DNA of 64,000 nt from a virus (taxonomy: Duplodnaviria > Caudoviricetes): positions 1 through 64,000 of the IMG/VR virus record IMGVR_UViG_3300032250_000391. One strand, 5' to 3'. Each line of letters opens with the position of its first letter. The stretch's first letter is position 1. The notes under the pieces were generated by a model that was given only the letters and a program-made list of their open reading frames with translations, was not told the DNA's origin and made no database searches. Positions 41,812 to 51,373 of the stretch are shown piece after piece. The translations under genes and the position numbers were made by a program.

Positions 41812-42720
41812 TTAGATGTTTGTAACACCTTTAAGACGAGCAAGAGACTTAGTTGATTTTAGTGCCAAACCTGCATACCATTTCAAACGGATACGTGTAG
41901 CATCTTTGTTTTGAACAGTACCAATGTTTTCAACAACTAAACCAGCGTTTTCACCGCCGTACAAGCCATGTAAGCCGTCAACTTCGTTTAAACGAGCCGC
42001 GTATACAGAGCAAGTGTTAGAAACTGAAGTGCCTTGTGTTTCATCGCCTGGCAAGAATTCATTCATGATAACTGGAATGCCATTGTGAGTTAACATTGGG
42101 CGACCGAAGTTTTCCAATTGTTGCATCACAGCGTCAGTACCGTAAGTTGCACGTAACAAAGTGCGGAATGCACGAATAGTGCCACGACGCATTACGATAA
42201 CATCTGGGCCGTTAGGTACAGTGTCACATAATTGGTCAAGCATAGCTAATGTTAATGCACCGCCGTTAGTGCCAGCGCTAACTAATTGGTTAGTGTTGTC
42301 ATTTAATACAGACAAACCATCGAATTGCTTCGCGTTAGTACCAGAGTTACCAGTAGCTACAGTTTGTTGGAAAGCGTAAGACAAAGCTTTTGCTTTCTTA
42401 GCAATCTGAATCGCCATTTGGTCGTTGGTGTCACCCATTGTTGTTTGTAGGAATTTGTCAACGTCAACGTCACCAGCCAAGATACGTAACTTAGTAACAA
42501 CTTCAGTGAACGTAGCGGCGTTTTCGCTTACTGTGTCGTTAGGGTCTAAGAAATCTGCGGTTGGTAAAGCGTTTTCACGAGTATAGACATAAGCCTTACC
42601 GTTTACGCCAACAAAAGGCATTACTGCGAACAAGTCATCACGAGTGATGATTTGGTCAATTACACCAGAGATAAGCTGATTTGTACTCAGTTTCTCGGCT
42701 TCAACTCTAAGAAGAGCCAT
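41812..42720 (-). CDS. Major capsid protein
   Basis: 302 aa with GDVDVDKF, FDGL and RIRLKWY; strongly biased codons; follows the scaffold gene. Confidence 0.9.
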   Translation of the reverse strand: MALLRVEAEKLSTNQLISGVIDQIITRDDLFAVMPFVGVNGKAYVYTRENALPTADFLDPNDTVSENAATFTEVVTKLRILAGDVDVDKFLQTTMGDTNDQMAIQIAKKAKALSYAFQQTVATGNSGTNAKQFDGLSVLNDNTNQLVSAGTNGGALTLAMLDQLCDTVPNGPDVIVMRRGTIRAFRTLLRATYGTDAVMQQLENFGRPMLTHNGIPVIMNEFLPGDETQGTSVSNTCSVYAARLNEVDGLHGLYGGENAGLVVENIGTVQNKDATRIRLKWYAGLALKSTKSLARLKGVTNI

Positions 42721-42792
42721 AATTTACTCCTTGATTTTAAAAAAGTTAAATTTGGAAACAGTAAGTAACTCGCTTAACTCACTAATGACTTA

Positions 42793-43707
42793 CTATATCA
42801 CACTTCCACCTGGTTTGCCAAGAGTTTTAAGACCCGCAGCAATTCTTCCAATTCCATCTAATTCGCTTGCTTTGTTGTCTTGTCTGCCAGTAGGTTTATT
42901 ACTGTCAGAGCCAGCACCAGGCTTCGCTTTAGACTTAAACAAGAAATCTTTATCAGGGTCGGATTCGACTACTTTACGAAGCGCTTCATCAAAACCAACA
43001 TTGTTGCCATATTGGTCAACAATAGCTGTTCTGTTTTCTGCGCCTTTAGGCTTGTCGTAACCAATCACTTTACCGTCAACTACGTCAAAGTAGTCGCCGT
43101 AAATAACGCGAGCTTTACTAGGCGTTAGAGTAAGTTCTTCGCTAATCAATTTAGATTGACTAAACTGAGTACCAACGGACAATTCGTTAATAGTAGAAAG
43201 TGCTTTTTGAAGATTTGTCTGGTTTTCTGTTACGCTGTTTTTAAGAGAATCAATCTCTTTAGCGTGTTCTTCTGCCATTCTTTGCTTTAATCGTTCCCAG
43301 TCACCTTTGGCTTCGAGTTGTTGCTTTTCAGCAGACTCTCTTTCTTTCAGTAACGCACGAACAGAATCGGCATCAATGCCTTCAAATTTCTTGAGTTGCT
43401 CTTTCGCTTGAGCAAGCTCAGATTGTGTCTTGTCTAAAGATTCCTTCTTCTTCATTACTTCTTTAAGAAGTCGAGCCTCTTCGTCAGACAGCTTTCCTTT
43501 GCTATCGCTTTCGCCGCTAGTCTTACTTTGTTCGCCAGCTTTTTTACCTGTATCACCGCTTGTATTATTTGCGTCGCTCACGCTGTTTACAACATTGCCT
43601 GCGTCACTAGAATTATCACTAAGGCTACCGCCACTTGCACTGCCGTCTGCTCCATCACTTGCTTCGCTCATGTAACGAGCTAAGAAATTACGTGTAAATT
43701 TACTCAC
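42793..43707 (-). CDS. Capsid scaffolding protein
   Basis: Low-complexity N-terminus, coiled coil, and PGAGS C-terminus. Confidence 0.8.
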   Translation of the reverse strand: MSKFTRNFLARYMSEASDGADGSASGGSLSDNSSDAGNVVNSVSDANNTSGDTGKKAGEQSKTSGESDSKGKLSDEEARLLKEVMKKKESLDKTQSELAQAKEQLKKFEGIDADSVRALLKERESAEKQQLEAKGDWERLKQRMAEEHAKEIDSLKNSVTENQTNLQKALSTINELSVGTQFSQSKLISEELTLTPSKARVIYGDYFDVVDGKVIGYDKPKGAENRTAIVDQYGNNVGFDEALRKVVESDPDKDFLFKSKAKPGAGSDSNKPTGRQDNKASELDGIGRIAAGLKTLGKPGGSVI

Positions 43708-43777
43708 TATCGTGCCTTTCAGACCATTCTCTTGGTCTAGTTATTTAAAAAATACCAACGAGTCTCTTCGTCGGCGT

Positions 43778-45370
43778 CTACCGAGCGTTCTGACCACCAG
43801 TGTTATTTAACGCTGATTGGGCAAAACTACCCTGAAGATTGGACGCAACCTCTGATACTCCCAAAGGCCACTCATTTTCAATTTCATCTTCAATTTGTTT
43901 TCGCAAATCTTTAGATAATTGAGGAAATAATTTATTGACTAATGCAATCATTTGTTGCCTGCGTACCGTGTGCGGGCCTTCCACCAACAGTAATCTGGCA
44001 GCCATGTCGATTTCGTCAAACAGCGTTCTTGTGTCGAAGCTATCTGGATAACTAACTAAGTCATTTTTGACTAACTCGTATTCACCGTTCCAGATTGCAA
44101 CCAATAAAGTTAATTGATTTTCTACGCGCTCTAAGCTGTCTGCTTTAGTTGTTAATAGTGCGTTTACGCGCTCGAAGTCAAAAGCCTTGGCAACGCCAGA
44201 GCTATTATCAATACCGACTGCATTATCTTGCTTGGTGCGTTCACCGGCGAGACCTACAGTGTGGTAAATTTCATTAATAATCTTGTTAATAATGGAAAGA
44301 ATAAGTTCGGCTTGCTTGACGTCTGGAGACAAGTAAAAAGGCTGACTGCCGCTTTCACCGTCGTAAAGAAACACGCGTTTCGTGCCCATCTCAACTAATT
44401 TGGCATACATGTCTTCGCCAGGAAGAATGCCTTGAGCTGGCATTGCTAATTGTGAGAAAGTTTGGTCTTGTATAATGGCATCAAGGTTAGATAAGTAGTT
44501 TGCCACCGCTCTGTCTAGATAAGCGATGTCGTCAATCATTGACGAAGAGCCGTAAAGCTCATCCGTAATTGCATTATCGGCAAGAATCAACGGAACAACG
44601 CCAAGACCATGCACGCCGTTTGACTCCAGTAAAATAACTTTCCTTCTGCCTTCTTTAATTTCTTTAAAAAGAAACCATTCTGTTTTAGTCCACAAACGCC
44701 ATCTAACATCTTCTGAACCGCTCGAAACCATAGGGTCTTCGTCATCACGAACGCACTCCTCAATTAAAGCCCAGTTAAGTGCGCCTGAGCTATCGTAAGA
44801 ATAATCAAGTAACTGTTCGGGTCCGACAATGTATGCGTAGGTTTGAGCGCCTGCTCGTTTTTCGTCCGCAATAGAGGGACCTTCAATGGCTGGAGTTCTG
44901 TCAACAATAATGCCTATGCGACCAAAAATAGAAGTTTTCTTTGATACTTGGCGAATAAAATCTTTAACGTTTAGACCGCTACGGGTAGCGCTACTCCAGA
45001 ATTGCTTTACAGAGGCGGGAGCGTCTTCTTCATTCCGAAGAATGTTTTGCTTAAATAAATACTTGTTAACCAAGTCAACAACTTCACGCGTATGATTAAA
45101 GCGATAAGCGCGTTCTACGCGAGAGTTATACTCCAAGTCGCCTTCTTTAATGTAGCGGAAAATGTTGTCTTTAAACCATTCTCTACCACCTTCATAGGTT
45201 TCTTCTAAAAAATACCAATGCTTGCAGTTTTCTTCATACTCAGGATGACGACGGTCAACGAGTGTGCGAAGCTTTTTCTGGTCATCAGTTTGCGGCACAA
45301 CCGTAGACTGAAAATCATCAGATTGAGGATATATAAAGGCAACTTGGCCTGGTTTAATTACGCTTGACAT
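43778..45370 (-). CDS. Portal protein
   Basis: 530 aa after TerL; HPEY, YEGG, HGLGVVP and SGVAKAFDF motifs. Confidence 0.9.
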   Translation of the reverse strand: MSSVIKPGQVAFIYPQSDDFQSTVVPQTDDQKKLRTLVDRRHPEYEENCKHWYFLEETYEGGREWFKDNIFRYIKEGDLEYNSRVERAYRFNHTREVVDLVNKYLFKQNILRNEEDAPASVKQFWSSATRSGLNVKDFIRQVSKKTSIFGRIGIIVDRTPAIEGPSIADEKRAGAQTYAYIVGPEQLLDYSYDSSGALNWALIEECVRDDEDPMVSSGSEDVRWRLWTKTEWFLFKEIKEGRRKVILLESNGVHGLGVVPLILADNAITDELYGSSSMIDDIAYLDRAVANYLSNLDAIIQDQTFSQLAMPAQGILPGEDMYAKLVEMGTKRVFLYDGESGSQPFYLSPDVKQAELILSIINKIINEIYHTVGLAGERTKQDNAVGIDNSSGVAKAFDFERVNALLTTKADSLERVENQLTLLVAIWNGEYELVKNDLVSYPDSFDTRTLFDEIDMAARLLLVEGPHTVRRQQMIALVNKLFPQLSKDLRKQIEDEIENEWPLGVSEVASNLQGSFAQSALNNTGGQNAR

Positions 45371-45410
45371 ATTTCTCCATTAAATCACGAGTGACTTACT
45401 TTTGCAAGTC

Positions 45411-46640
45411 TTATATTGACAAACCACCAACATGAACTTTACGCAAAGAATATTGGTGCTCTATTGCATAACCGAGCGCATCAGTCGAGTGTTCCTTGCT
45501 TTGCGTTTTATCTACTTCGCGCTCACCTTTTTTGTAAATTGTTTCTTCCAATGACTCAATTAAGTGCTTACATCTTGAGTCCACTCTAAGTCTAACCTCG
45601 CCCTGTGCGTTTTTTAACAATGCGTTTACCGAGTTAATTCGGTCAGCTACCGCTGGATGCTTGCGTCTAAAAAGAATTCTAGTAAAGCCTTTTTCTCTAA
45701 AAATATCCAAGTCAGTTTCGCCGCGAGCATGCTGACGGCTGTTTGAAGCGGGGTCAGGAAAAATAACTATGTTGTTTTTTTGACGCCAATATTTTTTATC
45801 TAGCATGTTGCAAGTTTCTTCGGTGTTTGAACCAAAAAGAACAACTTCATCTATCGCCCATAGCTCGCCATTTGCTTGAGGCTGCAAAATAACGCTACTC
45901 ATTGGGTCAACGTTAAAGTCTTGTCCAACCCAAATTGGCAGTTCAGGATTAAACTCGTAATTACCGACATGCAGTTTTCTATCAAATGGATAATAAACTC
46001 GACCCGACATGGTTTCGAAAGACGCTTCAAACTCTTGTCTAAAACTTTTTTCATCCATGTCTCTTCTGGCAGCTTCAATTTCGGCAATCGGAATAAAAGG
46101 ACTGGTAATGGTTGGAAACTGCCAACTCATCCATTGATTTGTCCCTTGATTTTCGTCTTCCTGACCAAGAATATATAAATCGTGCAGATGATTGTAGGCT
46201 TTTGGCGTGCCGATAAATAAACCGTGTCCGCCCGTAGAAGCCAAAGTTGGGCGCAAAACCTGTGTCCAGGCTTCTGGCTCAATGTCTTGAATTTCGTCCA
46301 TAACAAGCAAATGAATTCCAACACCGCGAAGACTGTCTGGATTATCGGCACCTTTAAGCTCAATAGTAGTTTTATTGATTAAAGTAATTGTCATGGTCGT
46401 TTCGTTTAGCTTTTTAATCCACTTTTTAGGCAGCACATCAAGAATTTCTTGCCACATAATTTGTTTTGCCATTCGATAAGACGGAGCAACGTACCAAATT
46501 TTGCGGTTCTTGATAGAGGCGTACTTAATCATAAGAGTGCGAGATAAAGCGGTCTTTCCCCAACGACGACCAGCCACCACAACTCTAAAACGATGCGGGG
46601 ACTTATATACTTCCATTTGTTTTGGATGGAGCGAAATCAA
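45411..46640 (-). CDS. Terminase large subunit
   Basis: Motifs AGRRWGKT, LRG...MDE, GTPK, QEFEASF, GQDFN and DALGY. Confidence 0.97.
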   Translation of the reverse strand: MISLHPKQMEVYKSPHRFRVVVAGRRWGKTALSRTLMIKYASIKNRKIWYVAPSYRMAKQIMWQEILDVLPKKWIKKLNETTMTITLINKTTIELKGADNPDSLRGVGIHLLVMDEIQDIEPEAWTQVLRPTLASTGGHGLFIGTPKAYNHLHDLYILGQEDENQGTNQWMSWQFPTITSPFIPIAEIEAARRDMDEKSFRQEFEASFETMSGRVYYPFDRKLHVGNYEFNPELPIWVGQDFNVDPMSSVILQPQANGELWAIDEVVLFGSNTEETCNMLDKKYWRQKNNIVIFPDPASNSRQHARGETDLDIFREKGFTRILFRRKHPAVADRINSVNALLKNAQGEVRLRVDSRCKHLIESLEETIYKKGEREVDKTQSKEHSTDALGYAIEHQYSLRKVHVGGLSI

Positions 46641-47329
46641 TCTTCGTCCTCGTCAGATTCGGAATCATCAAATTTCATTTCATCCTTAGTATCAAGAACT
46701 TCTTCAAGAAGCTTTTCAGCGTCCCTCTGACCTGGCGCCGAGAAGTCTCTATTTCTAAGCTCTGCAATTTGTTCCTGACTTAGCTCGTTTACCACTAACT
46801 CTGGAATTACTCCGTCATCGTCTTTTTCGACATTTAAACCGAGTACAGCGTAACGCTCGGAGCGAGCTTTTTCTAATACACCCATCGCCAAATTTAAAGC
46901 CTTCATTGAGCCGGTAATAGTCGAAAACGCTCTGCCCTCTTTCTGAGATTTGGCAACTTCCATCCATGTCAACTTGGCAATTGCGGATGCCATGCGATAG
47001 TGGTCTTCTTTAGTCTCTTTAGTACGCTCGGCAGTAATAGAAGCCTCAGAAACAATTTTGTCTACCATCTTTTCGCGTACACGTTCTGTGATTTCTTCCG
47101 ACAATTCGCCCTTCTTAGCGCCACGAGCTTTCATCAGATTCATAATGGAGCGACCTGTACGTCCAAACTTCTTTCCTAATTGCTCAGACGTGTATTCGCC
47201 GCTCGCCCACATTGACTCTAATTGAATCAACTGACGTTCGCTTAATGGAGTTTTGCCAGTACCACCGCTACGCTTAGGCGTATGTAAGGTGTCTTCTGGA
47301 ATTTTAGTGTCTGCGGTTTTTTCGGTCAT
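46637..47329 (-). CDS. Terminase small subunit
   Basis: N-terminal HTH; overlaps the TerL start. Confidence 0.75.
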   Translation of the reverse strand: MTEKTADTKIPEDTLHTPKRSGGTGKTPLSERQLIQLESMWASGEYTSEQLGKKFGRTGRSIMNLMKARGAKKGELSEEITERVREKMVDKIVSEASITAERTKETKEDHYRMASAIAKLTWMEVAKSQKEGRAFSTITGSMKALNLAMGVLEKARSERYAVLGLNVEKDDDGVIPELVVNELSQEQIAELRNRDFSAPGQRDAEKLLEEVLDTKDEMKFDDSESDEDED

Positions 47330-47416
47330 ACGAGACTAAAAAAGTGGGCGCAAGAGAAGAAGCGCCCATATTGCACACTAGGAGGAGAAACTTCATCGTA
47401 TAGATGAGGCTTTTCT

Positions 47417-47444
47417 ATTATATTTAAAACGCCTAAAAAGTCAA
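47417..47444 (-). promoter_or_regulatory. sigma70 promoter of the late/terminase operon, overlapped by an operator
   Basis: TTGACT-16-TATAAT; operator at 47441-47458. Confidence 0.7.
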
Positions 47445-47604
47445 TCATTAATGACTTAACAATATTAACCATAAAACCTTTATTTCCGCTTGTTTTACTG
47501 AATTTGGATTAAAATACAATTACTTGGGGTTTCCCTTTATATATAATAAATTTTTAAATAAATAATATAAATAAATTATTAGATATAACATGGAAATAAT
47601 TGGG

Positions 47605-47928
47605 TTAAATGTCTAACTCAAGTTGCAAGTCATCATCGTAAAAGTCTTCCATTATAGAAGTTGGTGCAACTTTGTTACTTTCAAAGTGTTGAACGCCTAA
47701 CGGTGTTAATCCAATTAGCACGCGGTTTCTGCCTCTTCTTTTTTCCATACCAAGCTTTATTGCCCACTCATGACGAATCATAGTGCGCAAAGTAAACTGA
47801 AACGCTTGCTTGGTTGTTTTGTAATCTAGTCGTTCTAAAATTTGGTCAAGGTCAACTGAAGATTTATCTTCGTTTCCCAAACTTAATACTTTCATAACAT
47901 ACAAATGCTTTTCTGATGGGTATTCCAT
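47605..47928 (-). CDS. Winged-helix DNA-binding protein
   Basis: DLDQIL...TTKQAFQFTLR...LTPLG wHTH pattern. Confidence 0.6.
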   Translation of the reverse strand: MEYPSEKHLYVMKVLSLGNEDKSSVDLDQILERLDYKTTKQAFQFTLRTMIRHEWAIKLGMEKRRGRNRVLIGLTPLGVQHFESNKVAPTSIMEDFYDDDLQLELDI

Positions 47929-47929
47929 A

Positions 47930-48808
47930 TTATGCTTTCATTCTTAAAGGCTCATTAACGCCTTGTTTATCAAACTCTAAAACTGGAATTCTTTCTGGAA
48001 TCTTGCGACCGCAATCTGGGTTTATGTACACTCCATAAAGCGGGCAAGCAAAAATTAACTGTTGTAGATTTTTAAGTAAGGCACCAATCGGCATTTCATC
48101 AACGCGCTTAGTGCCATTCAGTCTAGCGTTTCCGCTTTTCTCCATAGAAGAGTAGCGGTAGTAAAAGTCACGCAAACCCTGTACAACGTTTTCACGAACG
48201 TGATTGGGCATTGCTTCAATTTCTTCCATTACCGCAACATAATCATTTGGATTGCTTACAATGTAGCGTGTAAACAACTCCACTCCTCTTTCGTAGTTCG
48301 CAGAGCGCTTAGGCTTTGTAAACCTAAAACCCGCCTTTTGAGCAAATGGGTTAAAGCGGCTCATTGAACTTTGAAACTCTATATACCGCCAACCGCTCAT
48401 GCGACACATAATGTTTTGCATGCGATAAGCAATACCTACGCCGCGATACATGGTGTCTAACACTAAACGACTGTTGGTTCGCATGTTGGCGTTTACCCAG
48501 TCGGCTCGATGTTGATTCATCATTCGAGTATCGAGACCGCTTTGATTAGGTCGCAAATGTGCAAAAACTTCATTCCTGCCAGAACTAAGCATCTTGGATA
48601 CTGTTAACATTCCAACGCCAATAGTCTGACCGCGCAATACACAACGATAAAACGCTGGGCCTACTGGAATTTTTTCAGCTTTATAGTGAAGCTCATGCAG
48701 TAAATTCCAGTCATCTTTTGTGCCTCGTTCAACATAAATTTCTTTAAGCAGTGAAAAGGCATGATTGGAAGGCACACTGCGGCGCTCAATAAAAATATCC
48801 TCAGTCAT
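47930..48808 (-). CDS. GNAT/Mom-like acetyltransferase
   Basis: LHY, SRLVLD.MYRGVGIA (acetyl-CoA binding motif A) and MSRFNPF..KAG. Confidence 0.75.
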   Translation of the reverse strand: MTEDIFIERRSVPSNHAFSLLKEIYVERGTKDDWNLLHELHYKAEKIPVGPAFYRCVLRGQTIGVGMLTVSKMLSSGRNEVFAHLRPNQSGLDTRMMNQHRADWVNANMRTNSRLVLDTMYRGVGIAYRMQNIMCRMSGWRYIEFQSSMSRFNPFAQKAGFRFTKPKRSANYERGVELFTRYIVSNPNDYVAVMEEIEAMPNHVRENVVQGLRDFYYRYSSMEKSGNARLNGTKRVDEMPIGALLKNLQQLIFACPLYGVYINPDCGRKIPERIPVLEFDKQGVNEPLRMKA

Positions 48809-49178
48809 TATTGGTTTTGGATTGTTTTAAGTTGAGACTGTTGCGCCATTCTTTTTTGTCAAAATTACTTGCCGTTAAGAATGAATCTATTCTGTGTGTG
48901 CGCATATTTTTTTGGTATAACTTTTCAATATGATGGTCATGCACGTAAATGCTAAGTGCAATTCCAATTGCACCGCCAATTGCCGAGACAATTAGCACCA
49001 AAATATTGCCATTGACCGCATATTTAACAAATACGAACTGCGCAATGCTAATTCCTACGCTAGTCATTGCGGCTGCAAAATATTTACTTTTATGTACGTG
49101 TTTGCTTTGTAAGCCAAGTAAAAAAACCACCACAAAGCTAGAAGTAAACATTGCTAAGTAATCAATTAAATCAAACAT
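48801..49178 (-). CDS. Small 3-TM membrane protein
   Basis: Three hydrophobic segments; start probably MFDL. Confidence 0.6.
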   Translation of the reverse strand: MFDLIDYLAMFTSSFVVVFLLGLQSKHVHKSKYFAAAMTSVGISIAQFVFVKYAVNGNILVLIVSAIGGAIGIALSIYVHDHHIEKLYQKNMRTHRIDSFLTASNFDKKEWRNSLNLKQSKTNND

Positions 49179-49839
49179 TGACTGTTTCCTTGTATTCTCC
49201 ATCTGCAAGCACTTTAATTTTTAATTTTTCTCTAAAGCGCTTTTCGATGTATAAAGTTGGCGCCAAATCATCAATTAAATCTGTATGTGTCGTTGCGACA
49301 AGCAACGTAACGCCTAAAGACCTGGCGACTTTCTGAATACTGAATGAAATGGCGGCAGCAGATACTCGGTCTAAAATGGCCATAAATTCATCCGCCACCC
49401 ATACCGTTGCGTTGGACTCAATAAGCTTGGCTAAACGAAAGCGGTATTTTTGCCCGTCTGATAACTCTGCTGGCTTTCTAACAAACAAATAAGCGTCATT
49501 TAAACCAGCAATGGATAAGTATTTCATGGCTTCGTTAAGGTCTTTGCCAATTTGGTCAATAAGCGGCTTATCTTCAAACTGAACATCGTCAATATTCATG
49601 ACATTTAAACCACTAATTTTCATTTGATTAGCAAGTTCACGAAGTAGAACGGTTTTGCCCGCTCCAGATTGACCCGTAATGTAAACAACATCGCCATCAA
49701 GCACTTCTAATTCAAGCTCGTTAAAAATAACAAACTCTTTATCATCAAGACCTAGCCCAAAAGCCTCTGCAATTTCTAATACTCTGGCGCTTCGCTCCAC
49801 ACGCGTTTGAAACTTTTTATTAATTACGTATTTAGTCAT
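49171..49839 (-). CDS. Stand-alone ABC-type ATPase
   Basis: Motifs GQSGAGKT, LSDGQ, ADEF and ATTH. Confidence 0.9.
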   Translation of the reverse strand: MTKYVINKKFQTRVERSARVLEIAEAFGLGLDDKEFVIFNELELEVLDGDVVYITGQSGAGKTVLLRELANQMKISGLNVMNIDDVQFEDKPLIDQIGKDLNEAMKYLSIAGLNDAYLFVRKPAELSDGQKYRFRLAKLIESNATVWVADEFMAILDRVSAAAISFSIQKVARSLGVTLLVATTHTDLIDDLAPTLYIEKRFREKLKIKVLADGEYKETVNV

Positions 49840-49846
49840 TCGTGAC

Positions 49847-50503
49847 TTACCAACTTACAGACAAAGATTCAGCAAAGCTAACTAACGCTTCTGCGCCTTT
49901 TTTGCCTGTGCTAGATTCAACTTCTGCCATAAAGCGCGTCAAAGTGCGCTGAGAAGAGCCTGGCACCGTCTTAAAGCCAAAAACTTTGTAAAGAGGTATA
50001 TCTTTGCTGTCTACGGCTTCGGCAGTCTCTCTGCTCGATTCTGTGTGCTTCTCAAGCTCATTATCAAGGTCATCTACAAAGCCGGCTAAATCTATCTCGC
50101 CTAAATCAGCATCCATAAAGTCTAATTCTTTGGAATCAAAAATTCCTTTAAGGTCGTATTCGAGCGAGGCAAGTTCTTGTTGTAGCTTTTCAGTGTCAAT
50201 ATCTGAGATTGCTACTCGATTGTCAGCCAGTCTGGCAGCCCTAACTGCTTCAGGCGATAAATCTGCTCTGACGACCACAGGGACGGTAGCAAGACCAAGC
50301 TTGATTGCCGCCAATCGTCTTCCATGACCCTTGATGACAACGCCGTCAGCGTCAACAACAATAGGCTGGTCAAAGCCAAATTCTTTGATGGACTTTGCAA
50401 TCTTCTCAATTTGCACATTGTCGTGATTTTTCGCATTAAGTTCGTATGGTTTGACATCATCAATTTTCCAATCTAATACTTTTATAAGTGTTTCTCTTGC
50501 CAT
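49847..50503 (-). CDS. ParB/Srx N-terminal domain protein
   Basis: PYELNAKNH, FGFDQPIVVD, GHGRRLAA and RLADN motifs. Confidence 0.88.
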   Translation of the reverse strand: MARETLIKVLDWKIDDVKPYELNAKNHDNVQIEKIAKSIKEFGFDQPIVVDADGVVIKGHGRRLAAIKLGLATVPVVVRADLSPEAVRAARLADNRVAISDIDTEKLQQELASLEYDLKGIFDSKELDFMDADLGEIDLAGFVDDLDNELEKHTESSRETAEAVDSKDIPLYKVFGFKTVPGSSQRTLTRFMAEVESSTGKKGAEALVSFAESLSVSW

Positions 50504-50667
50504 TAAGCGACTCTCTTCAGTAAAAGAATTTTTTTAGAAAATAAAGCGCCTTCTGAGTAGTCATCGGCGGCGGGTTCAAATTGGTCTGCATTTTCGCAGA
50601 ACTCACATACGTCTTCGTCTTCGCCATTAAATTGGCAATAATCACATTCTTCAAATCTATCAGTCAT
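50503..50667 (-). CDS. 54-aa Cys-rich acidic protein (not in ORF track)
   Basis: MTDRFEECDYCQ...VCEFCEN...; overlaps both neighbouring ParB genes. Confidence 0.65.
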   Translation of the reverse strand: MTDRFEECDYCQFNGEDEDVCEFCENADQFEPAADDYSEGALFSKKILLLKRVA

Positions 50668-51301
50668 CGTTAGTCACCAAGTAAACAAGAGCATTTCCAG
50701 CATTCATAAGAGAATCATCGTCCATAAAACCTTGCGTTTTCATAATTGACTCAATAACCGACTGGACAGCGGCGGCATCTTCCATCGGAACTTTAAAACG
50801 CATAATTTGATGGGTTTGTACCTTTGAGCTTGTCGGCAATATAGGCAGTTCATCGGAATCCGGTAATTCGAGTTCATCGAGCGATATACTAGTGCTAGAG
50901 AATATTGAATTTAAGTCGTCGTTCGAGTAAGGCATGTATGAAGAGATATCTTCAAACTCGCCAAGCTCTTTTAAAAGTTCAGCCAATTGCAAAGTGTCAT
51001 CAATGCCGTATCTGCCGTTATCAACTAAACTAATTTCTTTCGCCTTGTCGTCAGATATTTTGCCAAGATTTATAATGGGAATCTCTTTAAAGCCCAGTCT
51101 AATTGACGACTCAACTCGGTGTTCGCCGCCTAGAATCTGTAGCGCACCATTTGCCAACTCTCGACAAATAATTGGTTTAAACATGCCAAACCGCTTAACT
51201 GAGTTGTCCAGCTTTGTTTGGTTTTCAGGGTCGACCATATTTGTATTCCAAGGATTCTTGGTTAATTTTTTAGGGTCGATGGCTAAGTTTTTGATTTCCA
51301 T
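50660..51301 (-). CDS. ParB/Srx N-terminal domain protein
   Basis: NPWNTN, FGMFKPI, GGEHR and DNGRYG motifs. Confidence 0.88.
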   Translation of the reverse strand: MEIKNLAIDPKKLTKNPWNTNMVDPENQTKLDNSVKRFGMFKPIICRELANGALQILGGEHRVESSIRLGFKEIPIINLGKISDDKAKEISLVDNGRYGIDDTLQLAELLKELGEFEDISSYMPYSNDDLNSIFSSTSISLDELELPDSDELPILPTSSKVQTHQIMRFKVPMEDAAAVQSVIESIMKTQGFMDDDSLMNAGNALVYLVTNDD

Positions 51302-51373
51302 TAGGTTCCATATTGTTAATAAGTCATTGGTGACTTATACTACTCCAAATATTTTATAGAGGCAAGAGCTGAA

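Noticed and set aside
48801-49839. ABC transporter
   Set aside because: No substrate-binding protein or typical permease; the ParB/GNAT/terminase context points to a non-transport ATPase.
617-50463. Numerous plus-strand and nested ORFs in the track (e.g. 617-931, 14214-14762, 33474-33779, 45876-46178)
   Set aside because: They are antisense or out-of-frame shadows of well-supported minus-strand genes, with no RBS or motifs.
49847-51301. parAB partition locus
   Set aside because: No ParA, and no clear HTH after the ParB N-terminal domains.
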